NCBI GenBank assembly: GCA_031409335.1
Contig: JANNWY010000301.1
Span: forward strand, 1 to 29,734
DNA: 29,734 bases
Source: Chthoniobacteraceae bacterium
Lineage (GTDB): Bacteria > Verrucomicrobiota > Verrucomicrobiia > Chthoniobacterales > Chthoniobacteraceae
Reading direction: 5' to 3'
In this document: positions 1 to 8,745 of the stretch, piece by piece
Layout of the letters: each line of letters begins with the position of its first letter
Position numbering within the stretch: the stretch's first letter is position 1
The notes under the pieces: model-generated
What the model was told of the DNA's origin: nothing
Database searches by the model: none
The model's input: only the letters and a program-made list of their open reading frames with translations
Translations under genes and position numbers: made by a program

Positions 1-1
1 C

Positions 2-130
2 GAAGTGCGCGGCGTCCACAAACAGGACCTTGCGCTTGCCCTCCGAAGCCTCTTGCAGCCTTGGTTGGAGTTCGCCCTGGTCGAAATCGAACTGGCGTTG
101 CGAATCGAGTTTCCCGGGAATCGGCGCGGT
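2..130 (-). mobile_element. IS630-family (DDE) transposase internal fragment, runs off the left edge
   Basis: Not in the ORF track. Manual translation of 130->2 gives TAPIPGKLDSQRQFDFDQGELQPRLQEASEGKRKVLFVDAAHF. This matches the IS630 pattern 'IPGKAD..Q..F...EL.PRL.EA..G.R.V.FVDAAHF', which contains the first catalytic Asp. Similarity stops at about 130. Confidence 0.75.
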
Positions 131-797
131 CGAACACAGCGGATTCGACTCCGGCCCGCTCCTCATCGCGACGCGGGAGGACGGCGGCGCAGTCGCGCTT
201 ACGAACAACGGAAACACTCCCGCCGAAGACTACGTCGAAGTGGTCATGCCCGCCGGATGGCAGCGCGTCCGCCTCGCGCAGACCGATCCATTCGGCGGCG
301 CGCTCAGCCCCGACGGACGCTGGGCGGTGACGGGCAGCTTTTCCGAACCCGGGGCGCGTCTTTGGAGCCTGCCCGACGGCCAGCTCCGCCAGACTTTGGA
401 TCACGTCGGGATCGTGCTCGGCGCGGCCTTCACCGAAGACGGCGCGACGCTCTGGCTATGGGGCGACAAAGCTGTGCAGCGCATCCGCACCGACACATGG
501 ACGCCCATCTCACCGCCGATCGCGCGATTGTTTCCAGCCTTCGCCGTGAGCCCCGGCGGTAAGTTCGCCGCGAGCATTTCCGGCAACGACGTCATCCTGC
601 ACCGCGCCGCCGACCTCACCGAGCTCGCCCGCCTCCCCGCCTTCGTCGGGAGCGCCGGTTCCGCCCGGCTCGCCTTCAGCGGCAACAGCAACCGCCTCGC
701 CCTGCACACCGCACGCGGCACCGTCGTGGTTTGGAATCTCCCCGCGCTTGATGAGGAATTGCGCGCTCAAAACATGGAAACAATCGGAGAAAAGTGA
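129..797 (+). pseudogene. C-terminal part of a WD40/beta-propeller protein, 5'-truncated
   Basis: Repeats such as ALSPDGRWAVTGS...ARLWSL, AFTEDGATL, AVSPGGKFAA and AFSGNSNRLA...VVVWNL. The N-terminal ~33 aa of the track ORF (30..797) are the antisense of the IS630 fragment, so there is no native start in the window. Confidence 0.65.
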
Positions 798-811
798 CGC
801 ACGAAGAGCAT

Positions 812-832
812 GTTCAACGTTCAACCTCCAAC
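812..832. repeat. Degenerate heptamer tandem repeat GTTCAAC-GTTCAAC-CTCCAAC
   Basis: Seen directly in the intergenic gap between two convergent genes. Confidence 0.5.
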
Positions 833-893
833 GCCTGCCGACGCGACAGCCTGAACTGCCTTTCATCACATCTCCCCGGCTAGCCACTGCCAG

Positions 894-1871
894 CTAGTTT
901 CTCGCGGCGTGTTTGGCGGACGACGCGCTGGCACCAACTGGGAACGACGCGCCTTTTTGAATCCAGCGAATGATCGTGAGCGCTTCGTCCGCGGTCAGCG
1001 GTTCCTTGCCGTCGGGCGGCATGATGTCGTCATCGCCTGGTGGCAGGAGGACGAGCCGCACGAGTTCGCTGCCCATCGGATCACCGGGCTTGATCGCGGG
1101 TTTCCCGCTCTCACCGCCCGCGAGCGCAAGTTCCGCTTGATCCAGGCGATAATCGCCTCGCTGCTTTTCCTCCCCGTGACAGCGGATGCATTTTTTCTCA
1201 AGGATCGGCTGCACGTGCGCGACGAACATCTCCTCATGTTCATCGAGCTTCGCGGAATCCGTCGCATCGGCGTTTTCCGGCGCACTCTCGATCAATTCGC
1301 GCACAAATGTCGGCGCGTTTTCCGTCAGGTAGTTTGAGCCGTGCGTGAGATTTCCGCCCATGTGCCCGGCGAATGCCACCAGCCCGAGAGTCACCGCGAG
1401 CAATCCGCGATAACCGCCGGTCAGGACCGGCCGGGACATTTCGCGAAAAGCGCGGCGCTGCATCGCGAGCGTGAGCAGTGTGGCGACGACGACGCCGATG
1501 CCCGTCCAGCGGTGCGATTCGAGATCGTGCGTCTGATAACCGCCGTCCGCGCCACGCAGGATTCCGAGGGCCGCCGTGATCCCGCCGCTCACGAGACTGA
1601 GCCAAAGCGTGAGCGTGATGACCTTCTTCACCTCCGCACTCGGCCAGCGCATCCGGTATAGCTCCAACACACACGCCATCGCGAGAAACCCGATCGGAAA
1701 GTGGAGCACGACGGCGTGGAAAGGCGCGAGGAACGGACGCCACTGGAAAATCTTTTCTGTCGGCGGTGGCCCGTCCGCGTGTGCGTTGAGCGCGATGAAC
1801 AGCAGTTGAAACAAAACCACGATCAGGATGCGGCCGAAGCGATGACTGGAATGTTTGACCACACTTTGCAA
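894..1871 (-). CDS. Membrane protein: DUF2231-like N-terminal TM domain plus planctomycete-type cytochrome c (PSCyt1-like) domain
   Basis: FHAVVLHFPIG, H(RW)TG and GHMGGNLTHG His-containing TM segments. C-terminal 'VQPILEKKCIRCHG...GDYRLD...GGESG...IKPGDPMGSEL...MPP' carries a CxxCH heme motif. Start (TTG) is uncertain. Confidence 0.8.
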   Translation of the reverse strand: MQSVVKHSSHRFGRILIVVLFQLLFIALNAHADGPPPTEKIFQWRPFLAPFHAVVLHFPIGFLAMACVLELYRMRWPSAEVKKVITLTLWLSLVSGGITAALGILRGADGGYQTHDLESHRWTGIGVVVATLLTLAMQRRAFREMSRPVLTGGYRGLLAVTLGLVAFAGHMGGNLTHGSNYLTENAPTFVRELIESAPENADATDSAKLDEHEEMFVAHVQPILEKKCIRCHGEEKQRGDYRLDQAELALAGGESGKPAIKPGDPMGSELVRLVLLPPGDDDIMPPDGKEPLTADEALTIIRWIQKGASFPVGASASSAKHAARN

Positions 1872-2040
1872 ACCGCGCGGTCCCCATTGGGCTTAGTCGT
1901 TTTCGCGAATCGCCCGATGGGACGCCCAGTCGCAAACGACCGTCGCACACGCACTGCGCGGCTAAGGTTCGGCCTTGCGCTCGATCACCCAGACACCGCA
2001 AATTCGCGGACCTCGCAACGCTATCCCTACAAATTCGCCC

Positions 2041-3360
2041 ATGAAATTTTCCCTCACCGTCCGTTCCCTGCTCGCCTCATTTTTTTTCGCCACGAGCGCG
2101 TTCGCGCAAGTCGCGCCGCCTGCTGGATTCACCGCGCTTTTCAATGGCAAAGACCTTGCGGGCTGGCGTGGCGGCGACACATTCGATCATCGCAAACTGC
2201 TCGCGATCCCCGAGGCCGATCGCGCAGCGCAAATCGCAAAATGGACGGAGACGATGAAGGCGCACTGGCGCGCGGAAGGCGGCGAATTCATCAATGACGG
2301 CAACGGCGCGTATGCGACCACCGAAAAGAACTACGGCGATTTTGAATTGCTCGTCGAATACAAGACCGTGCCGGGCGCGGACTCGGGCATCTATCTGCGC
2401 GGCGTGCCGCAGGTGCAGATTTGGGATTCCGCTGACAAAAAGAATGCCGCGATCGGTGGAGAAAAGGGATCGGGCGGACTTTGGAATAACTCGGCGGGTG
2501 CGCCGGGCAAGGATCCGCTCGTGAAGGCGGACAAGCCGCTCGGGGAATGGAACAAATTCCGAATCGTGATGGTGGGCGCGCGCGTGAGCATCTGGCTGAA
2601 CGAGCAAAAGGTCGTGGATCACGCGACGCTGGAAAATTACTACGACCGCGCGATGCCCGTTCCGGCGCGCGGCCCGATCCAACTTCAAACCCACGGCGGC
2701 GAAATCCGCTGGCGGAATGTTTTCCTGCGCGAGATCGGCAGCGATGAGGCGGGCAAAATCCTCGCGGCAAACAGCAACGCGAAAGATGCCCCCGAAATCT
2801 GGAACGCAAAGGATTTCGCGGGATGGGGTGGTCCCGTGGACAACTACGAAATCGTGGACGGCGCGATCCGCTGCAAGGCGGGCAAAGGCGGGACGATTTA
2901 TCACAAGGACGAACTGACCGACTTCATCGCGCAGGTGGAATTCAAGCTGCCGAAAGGCGGCAACAATGGACTCGCGATCCGGTATCCGGGAACTGGCGAT
3001 CCTGCTTATGCCGGGATGACGGAACTGCAGGTGCTCGACGACAACTACGAGCAGGCGACCGGCCAGAAAATCGACCCGCGCCAGACGCACGGCTCGGCCT
3101 ACGGGATGGCGGCGGCGCAGCGCGGATACCAGCGCCCGATCGGCGAATGGAATTTCCAGGAAGTGATCGTGAAAGGCTCGCGCATTCGCGTGGAACTGAA
3201 CGGCGCGACGATCCTCGATGCCGACGTGGCGAAGATCGATCCGGCGACGTTCATGGCGAAAAGCCCGCATCCGGGAAAAGATCGCGCCGCGGGCTTCTTC
3301 GGATTCGCGGGGCACAACGATCCCGTCGCGTTCCGCGCGATCCGGATCAAGAAGCTCTAG
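2041..3360 (+). CDS. Exported protein with two DUF1080 (3-keto-disaccharide hydrolase-like) domains
   Basis: Signal peptide MKFSLTVRSLLASFFFATSAFA. Domain 1: LFNGKDLAGW, YGDFEL, DSGIYLRG, GEWNKFRI, GPIQLQTHGGEIRWRNVFL. Domain 2: NNGLAIR, GEWNFQEV, GFAGHNDPVAFRAIRIKKL. ATG 2041 is preferred over the track start at 1975. Confidence 0.9.
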   Translation: MKFSLTVRSLLASFFFATSAFAQVAPPAGFTALFNGKDLAGWRGGDTFDHRKLLAIPEADRAAQIAKWTETMKAHWRAEGGEFINDGNGAYATTEKNYGDFELLVEYKTVPGADSGIYLRGVPQVQIWDSADKKNAAIGGEKGSGGLWNNSAGAPGKDPLVKADKPLGEWNKFRIVMVGARVSIWLNEQKVVDHATLENYYDRAMPVPARGPIQLQTHGGEIRWRNVFLREIGSDEAGKILAANSNAKDAPEIWNAKDFAGWGGPVDNYEIVDGAIRCKAGKGGTIYHKDELTDFIAQVEFKLPKGGNNGLAIRYPGTGDPAYAGMTELQVLDDNYEQATGQKIDPRQTHGSAYGMAAAQRGYQRPIGEWNFQEVIVKGSRIRVELNGATILDADVAKIDPATFMAKSPHPGKDRAAGFFGFAGHNDPVAFRAIRIKKL

Positions 3361-3371
3361 CGTTTCGCCTC

Positions 3372-4607
3372 ATGCCGCGCTGGCCCCAGCCCTTTCTTGC
3401 GGTGCTCTTCAGCGTGGGCGTTTCGGGCGCGGAACCGGTGACGTTCCGCGATTTCGACGAGCCGCCGCACAACTACCGGCAGCGCACGCCGGCGGATCGT
3501 TTCACCCGCATGAAGGACGACCTGGAAGCGGGCCGCATCGCGCTCGATCACTCGTCGGAACGCGCGTTCATGATCAGCCTGCTGCGCGCGCTCGAGGTAC
3601 CCGTGTCCTCGCAAATGCTCGTCTTCTCCACGACCAGCCTGCAATTGCGGCTCATCACGCCATCGAATCCGCGCGCGATCTTTTTCAACGACGAAATCTA
3701 TCTCGGCTACATCCCCGGCGGGCGCGTGGAAGTGCTGGCACTCGATCCGGAACTGGGCGCGATTTTTTCCATCTTCGACGTGCCGCGTGACGGACGCGCG
3801 ATGCACATCGAGCGCTCGGAAAAGTGTATGAATTGCCACGGCGGTGCGGACTCGGCGCACGTGCCGGGGCTCGTCATGAAATCGGTGGTGCCGGGCGAGC
3901 GCGGCGGCAGCCTCACTGCGTTTCGCATCGAGCAGACGGGACACGCGATCCCGTTCGAGCAGCGATTCGGCGGCTGGTACGTCACGGGAAAGCCGGGCGT
4001 CGCCAGCGAGTTGGGAAACGTCGTGGGCCGCTTTGCAAACGGCGCGCTGGTGAAGCAGCGCATCGAACCCGGCGCACTTTTCGACTTTGCAAAATATCCC
4101 GCGGCAACGAGCGACGTGCTGCCGCAACTGCTGCTGGAGCATCAGGCCGGATTTGTGAATCGCGTCGTCGAGGCGTCGTATCGAGCGCGGACGAATCTGC
4201 ACACCAGCGCTGGAAACCTCACGCCCGAGCAAGAGCGGGAGCTGGATGAGCAGGCGAAAATCGTAACGCGTTACGCGCTCTTCGCCGACGAAGTGCCACT
4301 GCCGAAAAGCGGCGTCGAAGGCGACGCGGAGTTTAAGAAACAATTTCAAAGTGCTCCGCAAGGCAACGCCCTGCGCCAACTCGATCTCCGCACGCGGCTC
4401 CTCAAGCGGCGGTGCAGTTACATGATCTACAGCCCGGTATTTCAGGGACTGCCCGCCCCAATGAAACAGCGCATCCACCGCCAGCTCGGCGAGGCGCTGA
4501 ATTCCGAAAAGCCCGACGCGGAATACGCTTATCTTCCGAACGAGGAAAAACGCGCCATTCACGCCGTGCTGAAAGCGACGCTCACCGACCTGCCGGACGG
4601 CTGGTGA
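3372..4607 (+). CDS. Conserved exported hypothetical protein with a single CxxCH motif (putative c-type cytochrome)
   Basis: ATG at 3372, 11 nt after the upstream stop. Signal-like N-terminus; motifs SQMLVFSTTSLQ, PSNPRAIFFND, CMNCH, RFGGWYVTG and CSYMIYS. Confidence 0.7.
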   Translation: MPRWPQPFLAVLFSVGVSGAEPVTFRDFDEPPHNYRQRTPADRFTRMKDDLEAGRIALDHSSERAFMISLLRALEVPVSSQMLVFSTTSLQLRLITPSNPRAIFFNDEIYLGYIPGGRVEVLALDPELGAIFSIFDVPRDGRAMHIERSEKCMNCHGGADSAHVPGLVMKSVVPGERGGSLTAFRIEQTGHAIPFEQRFGGWYVTGKPGVASELGNVVGRFANGALVKQRIEPGALFDFAKYPAATSDVLPQLLLEHQAGFVNRVVEASYRARTNLHTSAGNLTPEQERELDEQAKIVTRYALFADEVPLPKSGVEGDAEFKKQFQSAPQGNALRQLDLRTRLLKRRCSYMIYSPVFQGLPAPMKQRIHRQLGEALNSEKPDAEYAYLPNEEKRAIHAVLKATLTDLPDGW

Positions 4608-4629
4608 CCCACCGCGTTCGCGGAAAAGA

Positions 4630-4667
4630 AAACGGGCGTTCCATGCCGCGGCACGAAACGCCCGTTT
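4630..4667. terminator. Intrinsic terminator hairpin between convergent genes
   Basis: AAACGGGCGTT (4630-4640) pairs with AACGCCCGTTT (4657-4667) around an inner palindrome TGCCGCGGCA. The A-run at 4624-4632 gives a U-tract on the minus strand. Confidence 0.75.
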
Positions 4668-4686
4668 GAGATTTTAGCGAGGTCGC

Positions 4687-5073
4687 TTACTTGGCGGCTT
4701 CCGTCTTCTCCCCGGCCCCGGTCCAGCCAGAAAGGCCGGCAGACATGTGCTTCACGTTGGTGTAGCCGAGTTCCTTCGCGGCTTTCGCCCCGGCGGCATA
4801 CGCCCCGCAAGTTGGGCCGCCGCAATACGCGACGATCAGCGCGCCCTTGTCAGCGGGCAGCGATTTGGCGAGATCCGCTTTCTTGGACGCGAAATCGATC
4901 GCGGACGGCACATGACCCTTCTTGAAAGAGTCGGACCCGTTGACGTCGATGATGGTCGCCTTCTTGGCTGCGATGGCGGCTTTCACTTCGGCAACGCTGA
5001 TGTCGGGGAATTCACCCGCTTGCGCGGTGACGGCACAGACTGCGATGGCGAGGAATGCGATGAGTTTTTTCAT
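4687..5073 (-). CDS. Exported single-domain rhodanese-like protein
   Basis: Signal peptide MKKLIAFLAIAVCAVTAQA; IIDVN, GHVPSAI, active-site loop YCGGPTC, LGYTNVKHMSAGLSGW. Confidence 0.88.
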   Translation of the reverse strand: MKKLIAFLAIAVCAVTAQAGEFPDISVAEVKAAIAAKKATIIDVNGSDSFKKGHVPSAIDFASKKADLAKSLPADKGALIVAYCGGPTCGAYAAGAKAAKELGYTNVKHMSAGLSGWTGAGEKTEAAK

Positions 5074-5194
5074 GGTGATCTAGTTTGTTTTTGATTTGAG
5101 GTTACGAGTGGAAACACCGCTTCGGGTTTCCGGTCTTAGAAAGTATCCACGCTGTTGAAAGCGACAATCATTTTTGCCGGACTCAGCTTCGGCC

Positions 5195-5223
5195 TTGTCG
5201 CGTCAGGGTGAGGGACGCAAACT
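5195..5223 (+). promoter_or_regulatory. Candidate sigma70 promoter, leaderless geometry
   Basis: TTGTCG-N17-CAAACT, with the ATG (5231) 7 nt after the -10 box. Motif match only. Confidence 0.3.
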
Positions 5224-5230
5224 TCGCTTC

Positions 5231-6340
5231 ATGAAATCCTTTCTACCCATCCTATTGTCCGCCGTTTTTCCCTGCACCGGATTCTGCGCCGAGGCGGTTT
5301 TTTACATCGGCACTTACACCAAGCCGGGAAAGAGCGAGGGCGTTTATGTTTCCAAACTCGACACCGAAACCGGGAAACTCGGGCCGGTGGAACTCGCGGG
5401 AAAGGCGGCAAGCCCGAGTTTTGTGGCGCTGTCGCCAGACGGGAAATTTCTCTACGCGGCGGTGGAATCCGGGAAAGGCGCGGTGGCTGCGTTTGCCGTC
5501 GGAGCCGGGGGGAAATTGACGCTGCTGAACGAGCAGCCCGCGGGCGGCGACGGGACGTGCCACGTCTGGGTCGATGCGACTGGGCGGAACGTGCTCGCGG
5601 CAAATTACGGCGGCGGCAGCATTGTCTGCTTTCGCACGAACGCCGATGGCTCGCTCGGCGAGCGCAGCGCGTTCGTGCAATTTGAAGGGACCGGGCCCGA
5701 CAAGGCGCGACAGGAAAAGCCGCACGGTCACGCGATCTACACGGACGCGTCGAATCAGTTCGTCTATGCCTGCGACCTCGGCACGGACAGTGTCTGGACG
5801 TTTCACTTCGACGCTGCAAAAGGCACTCTGAAAGCCGCCGAGCCCGCGTCCGCCAAAGTCCCGCCCGGCGGCGGACCGCGGCATCTGGCGATTCATCCGA
5901 ACGGTCGCTTCGCCTACGCAAATAATGAGATGACCCTGAGCGTGACCGCATTCACTCGCGACCCCGCGAGCGGTGCGCTGGCTCCCGTGCAAACGCTGCC
6001 GACCGTGCCCGAAGGCACTCCGCGAGCAGGCGTTTCCACCGCGGAGATATTCTGCCACCCGACCGGAAAATGGCTCTACACATCAAACCGCGGCCACAAC
6101 AGCATTGCCGTTCATGCGATCGCCGCGGATGGAAAACTGACCTGGATCGAAACCGCGCCCGCACAGGTAAAAGTGCCGCGCGGCTTCGGGATCGATCCGA
6201 CCGGCAAATGGCTGGTCACCGCCGGCCAGGAAGACGACAAACTCGCCGTTCTGAAAATCAACCCGGCCACTGGCAAGCTCACGCCTAACGATTCGACCGC
6301 GCAGGTTGGCAATCCGGTGTGCATCCTTTTCAAAAAGTAA
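5231..6340 (+). CDS. pgl: 6-phosphogluconolactonase-family (cycloisomerase 2) beta-propeller lactonase with signal peptide
   Basis: YIGTYT, SPSFVALSPDGKFLYA, ANYGGGS, RQEKPHGH, CDLGTD, GGGPRHL, LYTSNRGHNSI, PRGFGIDPTGKWL. Confidence 0.88.
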   Translation: MKSFLPILLSAVFPCTGFCAEAVFYIGTYTKPGKSEGVYVSKLDTETGKLGPVELAGKAASPSFVALSPDGKFLYAAVESGKGAVAAFAVGAGGKLTLLNEQPAGGDGTCHVWVDATGRNVLAANYGGGSIVCFRTNADGSLGERSAFVQFEGTGPDKARQEKPHGHAIYTDASNQFVYACDLGTDSVWTFHFDAAKGTLKAAEPASAKVPPGGGPRHLAIHPNGRFAYANNEMTLSVTAFTRDPASGALAPVQTLPTVPEGTPRAGVSTAEIFCHPTGKWLYTSNRGHNSIAVHAIAADGKLTWIETAPAQVKVPRGFGIDPTGKWLVTAGQEDDKLAVLKINPATGKLTPNDSTAQVGNPVCILFKK

Positions 6341-6365
6341 CCGGCAGGATTCCCCGCGCAGCCGC

Positions 6366-7631
6366 TCAACTGTAAACCAGCAACCGCTGCGTCACGTTCG
6401 TGAGCAGGTTGTGATTCATGATCTTCGTGATCGTGGGCGTGGTGAGTTCCTGGCCTTCCGGGATCAGCAGCAGCCCCGCCGGGCTGAAAATCCCGCGCGC
6501 GAGATGCATTCCCGGCCGCAGTTCGTTGAGCATCAGCTCGCGGACCTGGCGCGGCAGTTCGCTCGTTTTCGTCGCTTTGAAAAACAGCCGCACCGCATCG
6601 GGATCGAACGCCCGCCCTGATTCCGCCACGATCACCTCACCGGCCTTGTCCGCCGGCAGACCGGTCTCGACGAACGCCGCCGCGACCGAGAGGCAACGCG
6701 CAGTCCAGGGGATCAATGCGCCCGCGATCCGATCCGGATAGCCCGTTCCGTCAAACCGCTCGTGATGCGCGCGGATGGTCGCGCCCACGGTGTTCAGGCG
6801 ATCGACGAAAGCCGCCATCGTCTGGCCGTAAATCGGATGCTGCCGGATCGAGGCCAAATCCTCCGGCATGCAATCCTGCGGCCGCATAAAAAGTTTGTGC
6901 AGGACCTCGCGATCGACACCGACGAGGCCGATGTCGTGAAGCCACGCGCTGGCCATCAGCACGTGTTTTTCTTCCTTCGTAAAATCGTCCGTTTGCGTCA
7001 TCTTCCGGCACAGTTCCACGGTCGCCTTGGTGCGCGCGCCGAGCAGCGGATAGAAGGTGTTGATGATGCGGTAACAGAGCCCGAGCGAGTGATCGAAGTT
7101 CTCGTTCAACGCGTCGTTCGCATCATCGAGCCGATGTTTTTGCTCGATGAGTTCCTCCACTTTTACAAGCAACTGCGTGTTCGCATTCACGAGCTGATCA
7201 TTCAAATCGAGCGTGTCCGCGCGCAGCCGCGCATTTTCCACCAGCAGACGGTAGCGCTGCTGCGCGTTGCCGATGGTCGCGAGCAATTCCGCGCGCGACC
7301 ACGGCTTTGCCAGAAAGCGGAATATCTCCCCCTGATTGATCGCGCTCACCACGGTATCGAGCGCGAGCACGCCGGTGATCAGGACGCGCGATGCATCCGG
7401 CTGCAACTCGCGCGCGCGCCCGAAAAATTCGAGCCCCGTCATATTCGGCATGTGCTGATCGGAAACGATCGTCGCAAATTCGGTCGTGCGGACTTCGACG
7501 AGCGCGGCCTCGGGCGACGAGCATGCCGTCACGGAAAACCCCTCGCAGCGCAATTGCTCCTGGAGCGTTTCCAGCAGTTCGATGTCGTCGTCCACCAAAA
7601 GGACGCGCGCGGTGTCAGGGGAATCATTCAT
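6366..7631 (-). CDS. Response regulator: receiver domain plus HD-GYP-type domain (apparently degenerate)
   Basis: REC: LLVDDD, IVSDQHMP, ITG, FLAKPW. Coiled-coil linker. HD-GYP: WLHDIG, HPIYG, HHERFDGTGYP. C-terminal LRPGMHLA...GLLLIPEGQELT module. Confidence 0.88.
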   Translation of the reverse strand: MNDSPDTARVLLVDDDIELLETLQEQLRCEGFSVTACSSPEAALVEVRTTEFATIVSDQHMPNMTGLEFFGRARELQPDASRVLITGVLALDTVVSAINQGEIFRFLAKPWSRAELLATIGNAQQRYRLLVENARLRADTLDLNDQLVNANTQLLVKVEELIEQKHRLDDANDALNENFDHSLGLCYRIINTFYPLLGARTKATVELCRKMTQTDDFTKEEKHVLMASAWLHDIGLVGVDREVLHKLFMRPQDCMPEDLASIRQHPIYGQTMAAFVDRLNTVGATIRAHHERFDGTGYPDRIAGALIPWTARCLSVAAAFVETGLPADKAGEVIVAESGRAFDPDAVRLFFKATKTSELPRQVRELMLNELRPGMHLARGIFSPAGLLLIPEGQELTTPTITKIMNHNLLTNVTQRLLVYS

Positions 7632-7634
7632 GGT

Positions 7635-8006
7635 TCAAACGTGTGCGGAGAAGGATCGCGGTGCGAAATTTTCACGGACATAAATGCTGCCGAGTTCGCG
7701 CAATCGCAGCCGGGCGGCTTCCAGGCTTTGCCGCTGCATCACCGCGCGCTCCACCATCGCGCCGACCAGTTTTTCGTTTCGCCGCTCGCCTTCCAGCACC
7801 ACGTCGATCCTGCGCGAAAGCTCGCGATTTCGCCGGTCGAGGCCGGCCTCATTGGCAAAGTCACTCAGTTTCACGAGCAGCTCATCCTTGCACGATTGGA
7901 TGGCCTCCACTTCCGTGAAGTCTTCCGAGCCCAGCGAGACGGACTCGTTTTGCGTCAGCCGCTCATACTCGGTGAGCAGCCGCCAGAAGTCTCGCTCAGC
8001 GCGCAT
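7635..8006 (-). CDS. FlgN/FliT-like helical flagellar chaperone (putative)
   Basis: 123 aa, helical pattern 'LL.EY..LT..E...L...D...V..I...K..L', C-terminal Tyr. Starts 1 nt after the fliS stop. Confidence 0.5.
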   Translation of the reverse strand: MRAERDFWRLLTEYERLTQNESVSLGSEDFTEVEAIQSCKDELLVKLSDFANEAGLDRRNRELSRRIDVVLEGERRNEKLVGAMVERAVMQRQSLEAARLRLRELGSIYVRENFAPRSFSAHV

Positions 8007-8007
8007 T

Positions 8008-8409
8008 TCAGGCAGCCTCGCTCTGCGATTGTTCGAGCATTTGCGCCCACGCGTCGCGGATTTCCCCGAGCAGGCGCTCCACGGTCTGGATCGGGCCTGG
8101 CACCTTCATCATGTTGGCCTTCAGCAGTTCCTCGATCATGAAATCGTAAAGCGCATACATCGTCTTCGCGAACTCGCCGCCACCCTTGAGGTCGAGGCTG
8201 CATTGCAACTCGCGCAGAATCCGCTGCGTCTTGATCAGGTTGTTGTGAATGTCCTCGTTCTTCTTCGCGAGGTCTTCGCTCTGAAAACCGATCAGCGCGT
8301 TCGAGAGAAAGCGGAGTGCGCCGTCAAACAGCATCAGCACAAGGTTTCCGGGAGAGGCAGTCGTCACCGCGACCGCCTGATACGATTTGGCAAATTGCGC
8401 GAGTTTCAT
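8008..8409 (-). CDS. fliS: Flagellar export chaperone FliS
   Basis: SYQAVAVTTASPGNLVLMLFDGALRFL, IHNNLIKTQRILRELQCSLDLKGGGEFA..M.ALYDFM, LLGEIRDAWAQM. Confidence 0.95.
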   Translation of the reverse strand: MKLAQFAKSYQAVAVTTASPGNLVLMLFDGALRFLSNALIGFQSEDLAKKNEDIHNNLIKTQRILRELQCSLDLKGGGEFAKTMYALYDFMIEELLKANMMKVPGPIQTVERLLGEIRDAWAQMLEQSQSEAA

Positions 8410-8418
8410 CGTGTTGCC

Positions 8419-8691
8419 TTATTTCGCGCGTTGGGAATCGTTCACGAACACCCCGGCGAGCTTCGCGAGAAGATCGTCCGACGGATAACCCGGATCGGCG
8501 GCGAGCGCCTTGCCGCGCGCCACTTCCTCGGCGCGCACTTCGGGCTCGGCGGCAAGCGCGGCGGCGAGCTTTTCCTGCTTCGACACCTGCGGTGCCGCCT
8601 CGGTGCCGGTTTCCTTTTCGGGTTTTGCAGACCGTGTCGCGGGCTTGGCCGGGACAGGGATGCCATCGGGTTTGAAAGGTTGAATATTCAT
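8419..8691 (-). CDS. FlgM-like anti-sigma28 factor (putative)
   Basis: 90 aa with a low-complexity N-half and C-terminal 'LAAEPEVRAEEVARGKALAADPGYP...LAKLA', resembling the FlgM 'VR.EKV...K..I..G.Y' motif. Flagellar context and an upstream sigma28-like promoter. Confidence 0.6.
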   Translation of the reverse strand: MNIQPFKPDGIPVPAKPATRSAKPEKETGTEAAPQVSKQEKLAAALAAEPEVRAEEVARGKALAADPGYPSDDLLAKLAGVFVNDSQRAK

Positions 8692-8703
8692 CGGTCTATG
8701 GGC

Positions 8704-8731
8704 TTATCGGATGAATGGGCCGGGTGCTTTA
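8704..8731 (-). promoter_or_regulatory. Candidate sigma28 (FliA) promoter
   Basis: Minus strand reads TAAA-N16-TCCGATAA (consensus TAAA-N15/16-GCCGATAA), 12 nt upstream of the flgM-like ATG. Confidence 0.65.
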
Positions 8732-8745
8732 GAAAAAAGAATCAA

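Noticed and set aside
2823..3371. 594-aa version of the CxxCH protein overlapping DUF1080
   Set aside because: Arg-rich off-frame read-through of a GC-rich gene; the real start is ATG 3372.
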